DNA from: Candidatus Uhrbacteria bacterium RIFOXYB12_FULL_58_10
GTDB lineage: Bacteria > Patescibacteriota > Patescibacteriia > UBA9934 > GWF2-40-263
NCBI GenBank assembly: GCA_943354165.1
Contig: CALRBH010000003.1
Coordinates: 5,149-69,148 of the forward strand
Length of the DNA stretch: 64,000 nucleotides
Reading direction: 5' to 3'
The notes beneath the pieces are model-generated. The model made no database searches and was not told where the DNA came from. It saw nothing but the letters and a program-made list of their open reading frames with translations. This document shows positions 16,654 through 26,454 of the stretch, piece after piece (position 1 is the first letter of the stretch; each line of letters begins with the position of its first letter). The translations under genes were made by a program, and so were the position numbers.

Positions 16654-18141
16654 ATGCAAGGCTTTTACGGGTATAGCTACGGGAAGATGCGTTTCTGGGA
16701 AATGCTCCCGGGCCTCCTCACCTGGGGAACTATTCTTCTGGCTATTCTGTTGTCCTTGTTTGCGCCAGTCGTCGCCATCGTCGCCATCATAGTCTTTGAC
16801 CTCTATTGGCTGACGCGGGTCGTCTATTTCGTCATTGTGCTGATCGCTTCGTATCGTTCCTACCGTCAGGCGTTGCGTGCGGATTGGAAACAGAAGCTCG
16901 GTGAAGTTTCAGGGGCTGACCGATTGCACCACCTCATCTTCCTGCCAACCTACAAGGAAGACCTTTCGATTATCCGTGCCACACTTCATGCGCTCGCGAG
17001 CCAAACCTTTCCGGCGAAGCGGATGATGATCGTCCTTGCGGGCGAGGCGAAGGATCATGAACGGTTTCAGAAAAACGCCGCCGCGGTGGTGCGCGAATTC
17101 AGTCAGGTATTCAAGCGCGTTATCATCACAGAACATCCATCCGGATTGCCAGAGGAAATTCCAGGGAAGGGATCCAATCTTCACTACGCCGGCAACAAAG
17201 TGGCAGAGATTCTCGCCAAGGAGGAACCAGCGCTTCGTGATGAAGACATCATTGCGTCTTCGTTCGATGTGGATACCATCGCGCATGCGGAATATTTTTC
17301 TTGTCTCGCGTATTTGTACGCGACAGTTCCGGATCCAACGCGCGCGTCCTATCAGCCGGTCGCGTTATTCTCGAACAACATCTGGGACGCTCCAGCCCCC
17401 GTACGCATCGCCGCGTTCGGGACCACGTTCTGGCTCATGGGCGAGCTCGCACGCAGCGAACGCCTTTGGACGTTCTCGTCCCATTCCATGCCATGGACCA
17501 TGCTGAAGGATGTCGGATTCTGGCAGAAGGACATCGTGTCCGAAGACTCGCGGATTTTCCTGCAGGCGTTCGTGCACTATGGCGGGGACTATCGCGTGGT
17601 GCCCATGTATCTTCCTGTGTCGATGGACACGGTCGCTGGCGTCGGCTACTTGGCATCGCTCAAGGCGCTCTACAAGCAGCAGCGCCGTTGGGCTTGGGGC
17701 GTGGAGCATCTGCCGGCGATGATCGCCGCGTTCCGCGTACACAAGGAAATTCCGTTCAAGCTGCGCGCCCGTGCCATCTTCAATCATGTGGAAGGCATGT
17801 TCACCTGGGCCACGGCTCCGCTCCTGATTTTCATCCTTGGGTATCTCCCACTCCAAATCGTTTCAGATCCGGAGGTGTTGGTTCAGGCGGCTCCGTATAC
17901 GCTGCAAGCGATTATGCGTTTCGCCACCATCGGTGTGTTCACTTCCGCGATCCTTTCGCTGTTCCTGCTCCCGAAGCGTCCGTCGTCCCATTCTCGTTGG
18001 ACGGGCCTCGTGATGTTGGCTCAATGGCTCCTGCTCCCGGTCACGTTCGTCTTGTTCGGGGCGCTGCCCGCCATCGATGCGCAAACACGGTTCTTGTTCG
18101 GTCGCTATCTCGGGTTTAACGTCACACAGAAAAAGCGCTGA
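16654..18141 (+). CDS. Membrane GT2 glycosyltransferase (processive type)
   Basis: GKGSNL, DVD, SEDSR, QQRRWAWG; several TM segments. Confidence 0.88.
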   Translation: MQGFYGYSYGKMRFWEMLPGLLTWGTILLAILLSLFAPVVAIVAIIVFDLYWLTRVVYFVIVLIASYRSYRQALRADWKQKLGEVSGADRLHHLIFLPTYKEDLSIIRATLHALASQTFPAKRMMIVLAGEAKDHERFQKNAAAVVREFSQVFKRVIITEHPSGLPEEIPGKGSNLHYAGNKVAEILAKEEPALRDEDIIASSFDVDTIAHAEYFSCLAYLYATVPDPTRASYQPVALFSNNIWDAPAPVRIAAFGTTFWLMGELARSERLWTFSSHSMPWTMLKDVGFWQKDIVSEDSRIFLQAFVHYGGDYRVVPMYLPVSMDTVAGVGYLASLKALYKQQRRWAWGVEHLPAMIAAFRVHKEIPFKLRARAIFNHVEGMFTWATAPLLIFILGYLPLQIVSDPEVLVQAAPYTLQAIMRFATIGVFTSAILSLFLLPKRPSSHSRWTGLVMLAQWLLLPVTFVLFGALPAIDAQTRFLFGRYLGFNVTQKKR

Positions 18142-18142
18142 T

Positions 18143-19192
18143 ATGACTACGCGCGTTATTGTCACCATCGTGGCCTGGAACGGCCTCCGGTATCTTAAGG
18201 AGCTTCTGCCATCCATGGATGCGCAGACGTTTCGGGATTTCCAACTAATCATCATCGATAATGGATCTACCGATGGCACGCTCGAATGGCTTCGCGCGAA
18301 CCATTCTCGCATCACCCTGCTTCGTAATACGCGCAACATCGGATTTGGTCCTGGGCACAACCAAGGAATTCGGTACGCGCTGGATCATTGGAAAGAGGCG
18401 CCGCTCGCTGACCGGTATATTCTGACGCTCAACCAGGACAGCATTTTGGCTCCCGCATTCCTTGATCGGCTCGTGGCCGAGGCGGAAGCCCACCCGGAAG
18501 CGGCTTCCTTTGGCGGGAAGCTCCTGCGGGCGTTCGGAGAGAACCTGCATGATGAAGTCATGCGCGAAACGGTAAAATCCGACATGATCGACACGACCGG
18601 ACTGACCGCGCACCGTAATCGCACATTTACGGAGCGCGGAGCAGGGGAGATGGACACGGGGCAATATAACGAAGCGGGGGAAGTATTCGGTCTTTGTGCG
18701 GCTGCCTGTTTGTATCGGGTGAGTGCGCTCGTTGAGGCGAAGTATAAGGAGGAATACTACGATCATGATTTCTTTGCGTACAAAGAAGATGTCGATCTCG
18801 CCTGGAGGTTGCGGTTGCTTGGGTGGGGTGCGCGTTACGTCCCCGGGGCGGTGGGATATCACTATCGCGGCGCCTATGGAAAGGAACAGATGGGTTGGCG
18901 TGAGCGATTAAAGAATCGCCGTGGGAAGGCTCAGGAACGGAATTTTGTTTCCACGCGCAATCACTGGAACCTGCTCATGAAGAACGAGCTGTTCGTAAAT
19001 GTGTTTCTCGCCCTGCCGTTCATCGCCTTTTCAGAAATTCGGCGTATCCTCTTTGTCTGCCTGTTCGAGCCCCGCACGATCCCGGCATTTTTCCAGGCGA
19101 TCGGACGTGTTCCGACGATGGCCCGTAAGCGACGTTCCATCATGCGGCGCAAGCGCGTAACGGCCATCGACCTGCGTAAATGGTTTATCTAA
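18143..19192 (+). CDS. GT2 glycosyltransferase
   Basis: IDNGSTDGT, NIGFGPGHNQG, LNQD, KEDVDLAWR. Confidence 0.92.
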   Translation: MTTRVIVTIVAWNGLRYLKELLPSMDAQTFRDFQLIIIDNGSTDGTLEWLRANHSRITLLRNTRNIGFGPGHNQGIRYALDHWKEAPLADRYILTLNQDSILAPAFLDRLVAEAEAHPEAASFGGKLLRAFGENLHDEVMRETVKSDMIDTTGLTAHRNRTFTERGAGEMDTGQYNEAGEVFGLCAAACLYRVSALVEAKYKEEYYDHDFFAYKEDVDLAWRLRLLGWGARYVPGAVGYHYRGAYGKEQMGWRERLKNRRGKAQERNFVSTRNHWNLLMKNELFVNVFLALPFIAFSEIRRILFVCLFEPRTIPAFFQAIGRVPTMARKRRSIMRRKRVTAIDLRKWFI

Positions 19193-19195
19193 CGT

Positions 19196-20017
19196 ATGGA
19201 CGTCTCCATCCTTATCGTGCACTACAACACCCCCGGCCTCCTGCGCCAGACCCTCAAAGGGATTCGCCGGAGCCTGCCTTCGGTTGTCCACGAGGTGATC
19301 GTGGTGGATAACAATCCAGACGCGCGCATTGGGGAGATGATGAAGGAATTCCCGGAAGTGAAACTCATCGAGAGCGCAAAGAACGCCGGATTCGGCGCCG
19401 GCATGAACGCGGCGATGAAGGTGGCGACCGGCCGATATCTTTTCGTCTTCAATCCCGACATCGCCCTTTTCTCCGGTGTGCTTGAGGAACTCGTGCGCTA
19501 CATGGACGCCAATCCAAAGGTAGGGATGTGTGGTCCGCAGCTTTTGAATCCAGACGGAAGCCTGCAGCTCAGCTGTTATCGCTTCATGCGCCCGATGACC
19601 GTCATTGGTCGTCGCGTGAGCTTCTCGCGCCTTGTACCAAGTGTCCGTGCGGATCTCGACGCCTACCTTATGAAGGATTGGGACCACAAGGAAACGCGCG
19701 ACGTTGATTATCTTCTCGGCGCCGCCATGTTCGCGCGCCGCGAGGCGATTGAAGCCGTCGGCGGATTCGATGAAGCGTTTTTCGTCTATTTTGAGGAGCA
19801 GGATTGGTGCCGCCGCTTCTGGAAAGCCGGGTGGCGTGTGGTGTATCACCCCGCAGCCAAGCTCGTGCATTATCACCGTCGCGAAACCGCGGAAGGCGGC
19901 CTGTTGGCGCAACTTTTGAACCCGCTTACCCACATCCAAATCAGAAGTGCGATATACTACTTCCGTAAGTACAGGAACGAACCGCATCCCTCTGCCGGGG
20001 TATGTCCCACCGCCTAA
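19196..20017 (+). CDS. GT2 glycosyltransferase (WbbL-like)
   Basis: VVDN, NAGFGAGMN, NPD, GGFDEAFFVYFEEQDWC. Confidence 0.92.
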   Translation: MDVSILIVHYNTPGLLRQTLKGIRRSLPSVVHEVIVVDNNPDARIGEMMKEFPEVKLIESAKNAGFGAGMNAAMKVATGRYLFVFNPDIALFSGVLEELVRYMDANPKVGMCGPQLLNPDGSLQLSCYRFMRPMTVIGRRVSFSRLVPSVRADLDAYLMKDWDHKETRDVDYLLGAAMFARREAIEAVGGFDEAFFVYFEEQDWCRRFWKAGWRVVYHPAAKLVHYHRRETAEGGLLAQLLNPLTHIQIRSAIYYFRKYRNEPHPSAGVCPTA

Positions 20018-22023
20018 ATTTTCTCCATGAGCAGGAGCCGGCCTCGCACGCGCCCGTACATCATGCGCGCCAGGCTTCTCCTTCTTCGCGTCGCGCCCGG
20101 GTGATCGGGCTGATTGTTGTCGTGTTGCTCGCGGGCACCGTGTTCATTGGTGTGTCGGTGGCGCAGGTGTTCACCGGCGCCGTTGCTGGACGCGATGCGC
20201 TGTTTTCGGCCCGCGCAAAGGCGGAGGTATTGGATTTCGAAGGCGCCGCAGCGGATGTTGAACGTGCGCAATCGATGTTCGAACGGGCGGAACGCGGAAC
20301 GGTTGTGCTTACGCCGTTTACGATCATTCCGTTTCTCGGGCCACACATTGAAGCGGCGAATATTGCTGCGCACACTGGCGCCACGCTTTCCGCTTCGCTC
20401 AAGAATATTTTAGAAATCGGCGCCGATGTGGTCCGGCTCGCAGGGCTTACACGCGAGAATCTTTTCACGCTCGCGGAAGGCGCGGATCCGGGTATGAAGT
20501 TCGGCGACCTGCCGGGGGAGACGAAGCGCGCCATTCTCGCGCGTCTTGCGGCATCCGCCGGAGATTTCGAAGTGCTCGCGGCACGCATTCATATCGCCCG
20601 TGAAGAATTCGACCGGCTTCCGCAGGACGAACTGTTCGGGCCGGTGAAAACCGCTCTCGCACCGTTCTCGCGCCAGCTCGGCGAAGCGGAATCGCTCGTC
20701 ACGCTCGTGGCAAACACTGCGCGCATCCTCCCGCAATTTGCCGGACTCGACGGCCGCTCCGAGCAACTACTTCTTTTTTTGAACAATAACGAGCTGCGCC
20801 CTGGAGGCGGGTTCATCGGCTCGTTCGGGGAACTCGCGATGCAGTACGGAGACATCGCCGCGCTTGAAACGTTCGACGTATACGCGCTCGATGACAGGGC
20901 TCAGGCGTCCGTAAAACTCGTGCCGCCGCCAGCCATCACCCGATACCTCTCCTCCTCCAAGTGGCTCTTTCGCGATAGCAACTGGTGGCCGGATTTTGCG
21001 ATGAGCGCGCGCTTCGGCGTGGAACGGTATCGCGCGGAATACACGGCCGTGCACGGCAAAGACCGTGCCGTCAGTTCCGTCATCGCCGTCACCCCGACGT
21101 TCGTTTCAGATCTTCTTGCAATTACGGGGCCCATCGAGGTGCGCGGGCAGACGTTCCGGCCGGAGAACGTGGCAGACCTGCTGGAATACCAAGTTGGTTT
21201 CGGATTCGTGAAGGAGGGAATCCCGCTCGCGCAACGAAAGGAGATATTGGCCGATCTTGTTAGTGCGCTCAAGGATAAATTGTACGCGCTTCCGCTCGCT
21301 TCGTGGACCAGAGTGGCCGATGTCACGGAACGCGCGATTACGCGCAAGCAGTTCATGTTGTGGAGCGCAGATCCGCGCACGCAATCCGCCATCGAGACCG
21401 CTCACTGGGGCGCGCGCGTCTCGCCTGTCGCCGGGCATGATCTGCAGCTGGTCGCGGACGCTAACCTCGCGAGCTTGAAGTCTGACCCGGACGTGAAGCG
21501 TTCCATGAAGTACGAAATTTTCCGAAACACTTCCAAACAGTGGATAGGACGCACGACCATCCGCTACGTGCACAACGGAACATTCGATTTCAAGACCACG
21601 CGCTACCGAACGTTCATGCGCCTGTACGTCCCGGCCGGAAGCCAGTTCGTGCGCGCTACCGGAACGCTTGCGGATGACAAGCTGAAAAATCCGTCCAAGG
21701 CTCCCGGAACCGTGGACATCGGCTCCGAGATGGGGCTCACCGTGTTTGGGGCGTTCACGTCCGTTGAGCCGGGAGAAACGCGGGATGTTTCGTTCGAATA
21801 CGTCCTCGCTCCAAGCGTAGTTTCCGCCATCGAAGCCGGCGGCTATAAGCTCGATGTCCTGAAGCAGCCGGGCGCCCGGGAACGCGGGTTGACCCTCCAC
21901 CTCGACTTTGATAAGAACCTTACAGGCGCATCTCCGGGTGAGGACAGGAATGCCTGGGGAGATGACATATACGAATTGACGACATCGTTTGATACGGACC
22001 GCTCATTTGAGGCGGACTTGTAA
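20002..22023 (+). CDS. DUF4012-domain membrane-anchored protein
   Basis: NNNELRPGGGFIGSFG, RDSNWWPDF, KQPG. Confidence 0.85.
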   Translation: MSHRLNFLHEQEPASHAPVHHARQASPSSRRARVIGLIVVVLLAGTVFIGVSVAQVFTGAVAGRDALFSARAKAEVLDFEGAAADVERAQSMFERAERGTVVLTPFTIIPFLGPHIEAANIAAHTGATLSASLKNILEIGADVVRLAGLTRENLFTLAEGADPGMKFGDLPGETKRAILARLAASAGDFEVLAARIHIAREEFDRLPQDELFGPVKTALAPFSRQLGEAESLVTLVANTARILPQFAGLDGRSEQLLLFLNNNELRPGGGFIGSFGELAMQYGDIAALETFDVYALDDRAQASVKLVPPPAITRYLSSSKWLFRDSNWWPDFAMSARFGVERYRAEYTAVHGKDRAVSSVIAVTPTFVSDLLAITGPIEVRGQTFRPENVADLLEYQVGFGFVKEGIPLAQRKEILADLVSALKDKLYALPLASWTRVADVTERAITRKQFMLWSADPRTQSAIETAHWGARVSPVAGHDLQLVADANLASLKSDPDVKRSMKYEIFRNTSKQWIGRTTIRYVHNGTFDFKTTRYRTFMRLYVPAGSQFVRATGTLADDKLKNPSKAPGTVDIGSEMGLTVFGAFTSVEPGETRDVSFEYVLAPSVVSAIEAGGYKLDVLKQPGARERGLTLHLDFDKNLTGASPGEDRNAWGDDIYELTTSFDTDRSFEADL

Positions 22024-22044
22024 TGGAGGGAACGGATATCGCGT

Positions 22045-23049
22045 ATGTTTGCAAAAAAAATCGGGATTGACCTTGGAACCACCACCGTACTTGTTTACGT
22101 ACCCAAGCGGGGAATCATCATTCATGAGCCGTCCGTCGTGGCCGTGAGCACTATCGATCAGAAAGTGCTCGCCGTGGGGAAGGAAGCTAAGGACATGCTT
22201 GGCCGCACGCCGGACACCATCGTCGCGCGCCGCCCGCTCAAGGACGGCGTGATTGCGGACTACCGCACCACGGAAGCCATGCTTCGCTACTTCATCAATA
22301 AAGCCCTCGGTGGGTTCCGTCTGTTCCGTCCGGAAGTGATGGTGGCCGTGCCGGGAGGCATCACCTCTACGGAACGCCGCGCGGTTATCGACGCGACGCT
22401 CGCGGCTGGAGCGAAGGCCGCGTACATCATTAAGGAACCGATCGTCGCTGCCATTGGCGCAAACATTCCTATCGGTTCTCCATCGGGCCACATGATTATC
22501 GATATCGGCGGAGGGACGTCCGAGATGGCCGTGATCAGCCTCGGCGGAATTGTCGCGTCAGAATCCGTGCGCATCGGCGGGGTGAAGATCGATGCAGCCA
22601 TTACGGAATACATCCGTCGCAAATACGGCCTTGCCATCGGGGAGCGCACCTCGGAGGACATCAAGATTCAGATCGGCTCCGCCATGTACATGCCGGACAA
22701 GCTCACGATGGAGGTAAAGGGACGCGATATGGTCACAGGCCTTCCGAAGATCGTGGAGATTTCTTCCGATGATGTGACGGCCGGCATCCAAAACGAACTC
22801 GAAGGCATTATCGCCACGGTGAAGGAAGTGCTGCACAAGACGCCGCCGGAACTTTCCGCGGACGTGATGGACAAGGGAATCGTGTTGTCCGGCGGATCGA
22901 GCCAGCTCCGCAACCTCGACACGCTTATTTCGGAGGCGACCGGCGTCCCAACGTTCGTCGCAGAAGATCCGCAGCAGTGCGTGGTGAAGGGAACCGGCAT
23001 CGCGCTCGAGAACCTCGAGTCGTATAAGCGAAGTATTTTTACGAGCTAA
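22045..23049 (+). CDS. mreB: Rod shape-determining protein MreB
   Basis: IGIDLGT, EPSVVA, DIGGGTSE, TPPELSAD. Confidence 0.97.
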   Translation: MFAKKIGIDLGTTTVLVYVPKRGIIIHEPSVVAVSTIDQKVLAVGKEAKDMLGRTPDTIVARRPLKDGVIADYRTTEAMLRYFINKALGGFRLFRPEVMVAVPGGITSTERRAVIDATLAAGAKAAYIIKEPIVAAIGANIPIGSPSGHMIIDIGGGTSEMAVISLGGIVASESVRIGGVKIDAAITEYIRRKYGLAIGERTSEDIKIQIGSAMYMPDKLTMEVKGRDMVTGLPKIVEISSDDVTAGIQNELEGIIATVKEVLHKTPPELSADVMDKGIVLSGGSSQLRNLDTLISEATGVPTFVAEDPQQCVVKGTGIALENLESYKRSIFTS

Positions 23050-23052
23050 CGA

Positions 23053-23126
23053 GAGATAGTAGTAAGTAGATAGTAGTAAGTAGGCTGACGGAAAACTACT
23101 AACTACTTTCTACTAACTACTTACTA
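23053..23126. repeat. Inverted heptad-array element, copy 3
   Basis: GAGATAG TAGTAAG TAGATAG TAGTAAG TAG / 12 nt / CTA CTAACTA CTTTCTA CTAACTA CTTACTA. Confidence 0.95.
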
Positions 23127-23133
23127 CGCACCT

Positions 23134-24255
23134 ATGACGATCGCGATCGACGCGAGTTCTGCGGCGAAGGGGGAAAAGACGGGGATCGAACGGTATGCGT
23201 TCGAGTTGATTCAGGCGATGAAGCGCGAACCGCTTCAGCCTGGCGAGCAGGTCGTTTTGTATTCGCTGTCCCCGCTGCCGGAACCGCTTTCGCAATTACC
23301 GGCTGGATGGAGTTCGAAGGTACTCAACTGGTCGTTCAATCGCGGATGGATGCAGGGAAGGGTGTCTCTGGAAATGCTTCGGCACGCTCCGGATGTTTTG
23401 TTCGTGCCCGGACAATCGCTCCCGATGTTTCTCCCAAAGAAATCCGTCACGACGATTCATGACCTCGGATTCCATGAAGTGAAGGACGCGTACACGTCGA
23501 AGCAGCGGAACGAGCAAGGCAAAGCCACGCGCCGCGCCGTGCGCCGTGCGACGAAGATCATTGCGCCATCGACGTTCACTGCGGATGAACTCGTGCGCAT
23601 TTATCACGCGAAACCAAATCAGCTCGCGGTCACGCCGCTCGCCGCGGATCCAGCCGTGTTTCACCGCGTCGACGAACCAGCCATTGCAGAGGTTCGCGCG
23701 CGTCATCGGTTGGGAAGAAATTATTTCCTGTACGTCGGCCGGGTGGAAACGAAAAAGAATATTGTAAATCTGATCCGCGCCTTCGACATCTTCAAATCCA
23801 CACGCGGGATCGGAGATCCGTTTGAACTCGTCCTTGCTGGGAAACCAGGCGTTGGCTATCAGACGATCCGTCCGTTCATCGATCTTTCCGTTAATAAGCA
23901 GGCGATCCGCGAGCTTGGGTATATTTCCGACACGGATGCGGCAGCACTCATGAGCGGAGCCATGGTGGTGACGTTCGTCTCTCAATACGAAGGGTTCGGC
24001 TTCCCTATTCTTGAAGCCGCCTTGTGTGGAACGCCAGTGATTGCTTCCGACATTCCGCCCTTCAGGGAACTCATGGGAAGTGCAGGGGCCGTGTTTGTGG
24101 ATCCGATCAATGCAGATGCGATCGCACGCATCATGACCGACCTCGTCCACAACCCGCCCATGCGTGAAGCGCTCGTGATGGAAGCCGGGAAGCGCGCTCT
24201 GCTATACTCTTGGCAGGAAACCGCACGTAGGACCTTCGCAGTGCTCAGGCGATAG
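23134..24255 (+). CDS. GT4 glycosyltransferase
   Basis: TIHDL, YVGRVETKKN, EGFGFPILEA. Confidence 0.93.
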   Translation: MTIAIDASSAAKGEKTGIERYAFELIQAMKREPLQPGEQVVLYSLSPLPEPLSQLPAGWSSKVLNWSFNRGWMQGRVSLEMLRHAPDVLFVPGQSLPMFLPKKSVTTIHDLGFHEVKDAYTSKQRNEQGKATRRAVRRATKIIAPSTFTADELVRIYHAKPNQLAVTPLAADPAVFHRVDEPAIAEVRARHRLGRNYFLYVGRVETKKNIVNLIRAFDIFKSTRGIGDPFELVLAGKPGVGYQTIRPFIDLSVNKQAIRELGYISDTDAAALMSGAMVVTFVSQYEGFGFPILEAALCGTPVIASDIPPFRELMGSAGAVFVDPINADAIARIMTDLVHNPPMREALVMEAGKRALLYSWQETARRTFAVLRR

Positions 24256-24333
24256 ATAGTAGAAAGTAGTTAGTAGTTAGTAGGGTTTCCTACGAATTAT
24301 CGTCTACTATCTACTAACTACTATCTACTAACT
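24253..24333. repeat. Inverted heptad-array element, copy 4
   Basis: TAGATAG TAGAAAG TAGTTAG TAGTTAG TAG / 20 nt / CTA CTATCTA CTAACTA CTATCTA CTAACT. Confidence 0.95.
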
Positions 24334-24346
24334 CGTGATCCAACGT

Positions 24347-25120
24347 ATGGACGAACTCCTCAGACATCTCATGCACCTCGGCCTCTCCGAAAAGGAAGCG
24401 GCCGTGTACGTTTCCGCGCTTGAACTCGGTCCTTCCACCGTTCAGGACATTTCGCATAAGGCCAAGGTGAACCGCGCCACCACATACGTGATGATCGAGT
24501 CGCTCGTCGGCCGCGGGCTCATGTCGAGTTTTATAAAAGGAAAGAAGCGGTATTTTTCCGCAGAGTCGCCGGACCGACTTTCCTCGCTCCTGCGTTCCGA
24601 GAAACAGGTGATCATCGAGAAGGAAGACGAACTGCAGAAAGCCCTCCCTATGCTGATGGCCCTTTTCAACGTGGAAGGAGCCAAGCCGCAGATCCGCTAT
24701 CTCGAAGGGCTCGAGGGGAAGGCGAGCGTGCGGGAAATTTTTCTTGGGCTGAAGGGGGAGTACGTCCAAATCGTTCCGCTTGACGACGTTCAGCAGAGGC
24801 CAGAAATCATGGAGACTCGTCCTAAACATATCGCGGACGTTGAGGCACAAGGAGCGTTTCATCGCGCGATTCTTGTGACAAGCGAGCAAGCCGCGGCAAA
24901 TCTCCCGCGCGTAAAAAATGGAGAGGTGCGTTATCTTCCTCCGGACAAGTTCCCTTTGCATGCCGAAATTACCGTCCGTGAAAATCACGTCTTCCTGTTT
25001 TCGTTCAAGTCGGCCACGCTTTCCATCATCATCGTCAGTAAGGAAATTGCGGACGCGGTTCGCATCATGTTTGATCTTGCCTGGCAGGGAGCGTCGGAAT
25101 ATCCCGTTCACAAGGTATAA
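24347..25120 (+). CDS. TrmB-family transcriptional regulator
   Basis: LGLSEKEAAVY..VNRATTY..GL; IRYLEGLEG. Confidence 0.9.
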   Translation: MDELLRHLMHLGLSEKEAAVYVSALELGPSTVQDISHKAKVNRATTYVMIESLVGRGLMSSFIKGKKRYFSAESPDRLSSLLRSEKQVIIEKEDELQKALPMLMALFNVEGAKPQIRYLEGLEGKASVREIFLGLKGEYVQIVPLDDVQQRPEIMETRPKHIADVEAQGAFHRAILVTSEQAAANLPRVKNGEVRYLPPDKFPLHAEITVRENHVFLFSFKSATLSIIIVSKEIADAVRIMFDLAWQGASEYPVHKV

Positions 25121-25148
25121 AAAAATACGGATTCCTTGAGGGAATCCG
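25118..25148 (-). terminator. Intrinsic terminator, U-tract on minus strand
   Basis: A-run then CGGATTCC-ttgag-GGAATCCG. Confidence 0.65.
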
Positions 25149-25342
25149 CGTGCAGTCGGGAGCGGTCGTAGCACTAACCACCTTCGCCAGGGGACATCGC
25201 CTGTGTCAGGAGCCGATGGTGCCTCCGGACGGTCAGAGGGGTCATCGGACGGCGTTCCTGGTCGGTTTTCTTCATGGTGCTGCTCGTATTGTTCGTCGAG
25301 CCCGGATAGCCGACGGCCGCCACGCGTTGTGAGCGACTGCAT

Positions 25343-25371
25343 AATCTAGCAAAGGATTCCAATAATGTCAA
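25343..25371 (-). promoter_or_regulatory. Sigma70-type promoter, leftward
   Basis: Minus strand TTGACA-17 nt-TAGATT with TGn. Confidence 0.65.
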
Positions 25372-25443
25372 GGGAAACTGACAAGGAAATACATATATAA
25401 TACTAAGGAAATCTGTAAGAAGCTAAATATCGACCATGGACTC

Positions 25444-25472
25444 TTGACAGTTTCCGGCGATTGGGATAGTCT
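25444..25472 (+). promoter_or_regulatory. Sigma70-type promoter, rightward
   Basis: TTGACA-17 nt-TAGTCT. Confidence 0.65.
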
Positions 25473-25477
25473 AGCGG

Positions 25478-25693
25478 GTCCCTCTGGAACTCCAGGGGAC
25501 ACCCGCGGGCTCATCCTGCGGTTAAGTCCTCCTTCGCTCCTGAAAGGGAGCTTCGGAGGATCCGCCATTTCTCTATTTGGGGAGTGGTGGGCGGACTAGT
25601 GCCGAGGAGAGAGTATCGGCATAAATCCCATCTTGTCGTGCCGGTTAAAGACCCGTTGTGAATTCAAACCTCACTCCGGGTCTTTTTCGTTTT
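25478..25693 (+). ncRNA. Candidate structured non-coding RNA, unassigned
   Basis: Promoter, five consecutive hairpins with G-U pairs favouring the plus strand, then AAAGACCCG..CGGGTCTTT plus T-run; no credible ORF. Confidence 0.5.
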
Positions 25694-25704
25694 CCCCTTA
25701 AATG

Positions 25705-25731
25705 AAAACCGACCCCAGAGATTGGGGTCGG
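25705..25731 (-). terminator. Intrinsic terminator of the minus-strand genes
   Basis: AAAA CCGACCCCA-gagat-TGGGGTCGG. Confidence 0.6.
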
Positions 25732-25764
25732 GCGGAACACTGGGAGAACCCAGTTTCCTGCGAG

Positions 25765-26301
25765 CTACTTCGTGAAGAACTCCTCCACGTCTTCGGTCGA
25801 GACGATGTCGACCATCGTTGCACGGCTGAGCGCCTTGGCGAAGATGGGCGAGCCCTTCTTTTTCAAGATGCGCAGGTGACGCATGGCTGCGTTGTTCAGT
25901 GCCTCGGGGCGGAAGTCGGCCGACACCAGGAGCACAGGCTCCTTGGTCTCGTCCGAGAGTCGGATGAGGACGTCAAAGCGCTCGTCCTTTTTGTTCAAGT
26001 CGACCCAGAAGGCGGCGGTCTTCAAACGGAGCCTGATTTCCTCCGCGGAGTCGAGTTCGAGGTCACGGAGCAACATCCAACACTGGTGGAGCATCCCCTG
26101 AAATTTGAGCGGGACGCCGTTCGGGATGTCGGGGTGCAGGATGTTTTTCGCGAGCTTCTGCTTCGGCGTCGACGCGGGCTTTTGGGCTTGCGTCTCGAAC
26201 TTCGGCTGCGGCGTGACTGCTTCGGCGGCGCGGATCTCGGCTTGCAGCTCGAGGTTGCTTTCGAACTGAGCGAGGGGGTTCGGGACAGTGGTCGTGGTCA
26301 T
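25765..26301 (-). CDS. Hypothetical protein
   Basis: 178-aa ORF, AGGAG-like RBS, downstream terminator. Confidence 0.7.
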   Translation of the reverse strand: MTTTTVPNPLAQFESNLELQAEIRAAEAVTPQPKFETQAQKPASTPKQKLAKNILHPDIPNGVPLKFQGMLHQCWMLLRDLELDSAEEIRLRLKTAAFWVDLNKKDERFDVLIRLSDETKEPVLLVSADFRPEALNNAAMRHLRILKKKGSPIFAKALSRATMVDIVSTEDVEEFFTK

Positions 26302-26454
26302 GGGACTCTCCTGTATGTGGTCGCATTACTGCGACGTTCTGGATGGCTCATCGGGATGATGGCCAGGTCTGGACGGACGAGCGTGAGCTCATCGTTCCGG
26401 ATCCGGCACGCATCGTTTTTAGGCGATGCGGCGAGAAGAGTTGGTTGTGAGGTT

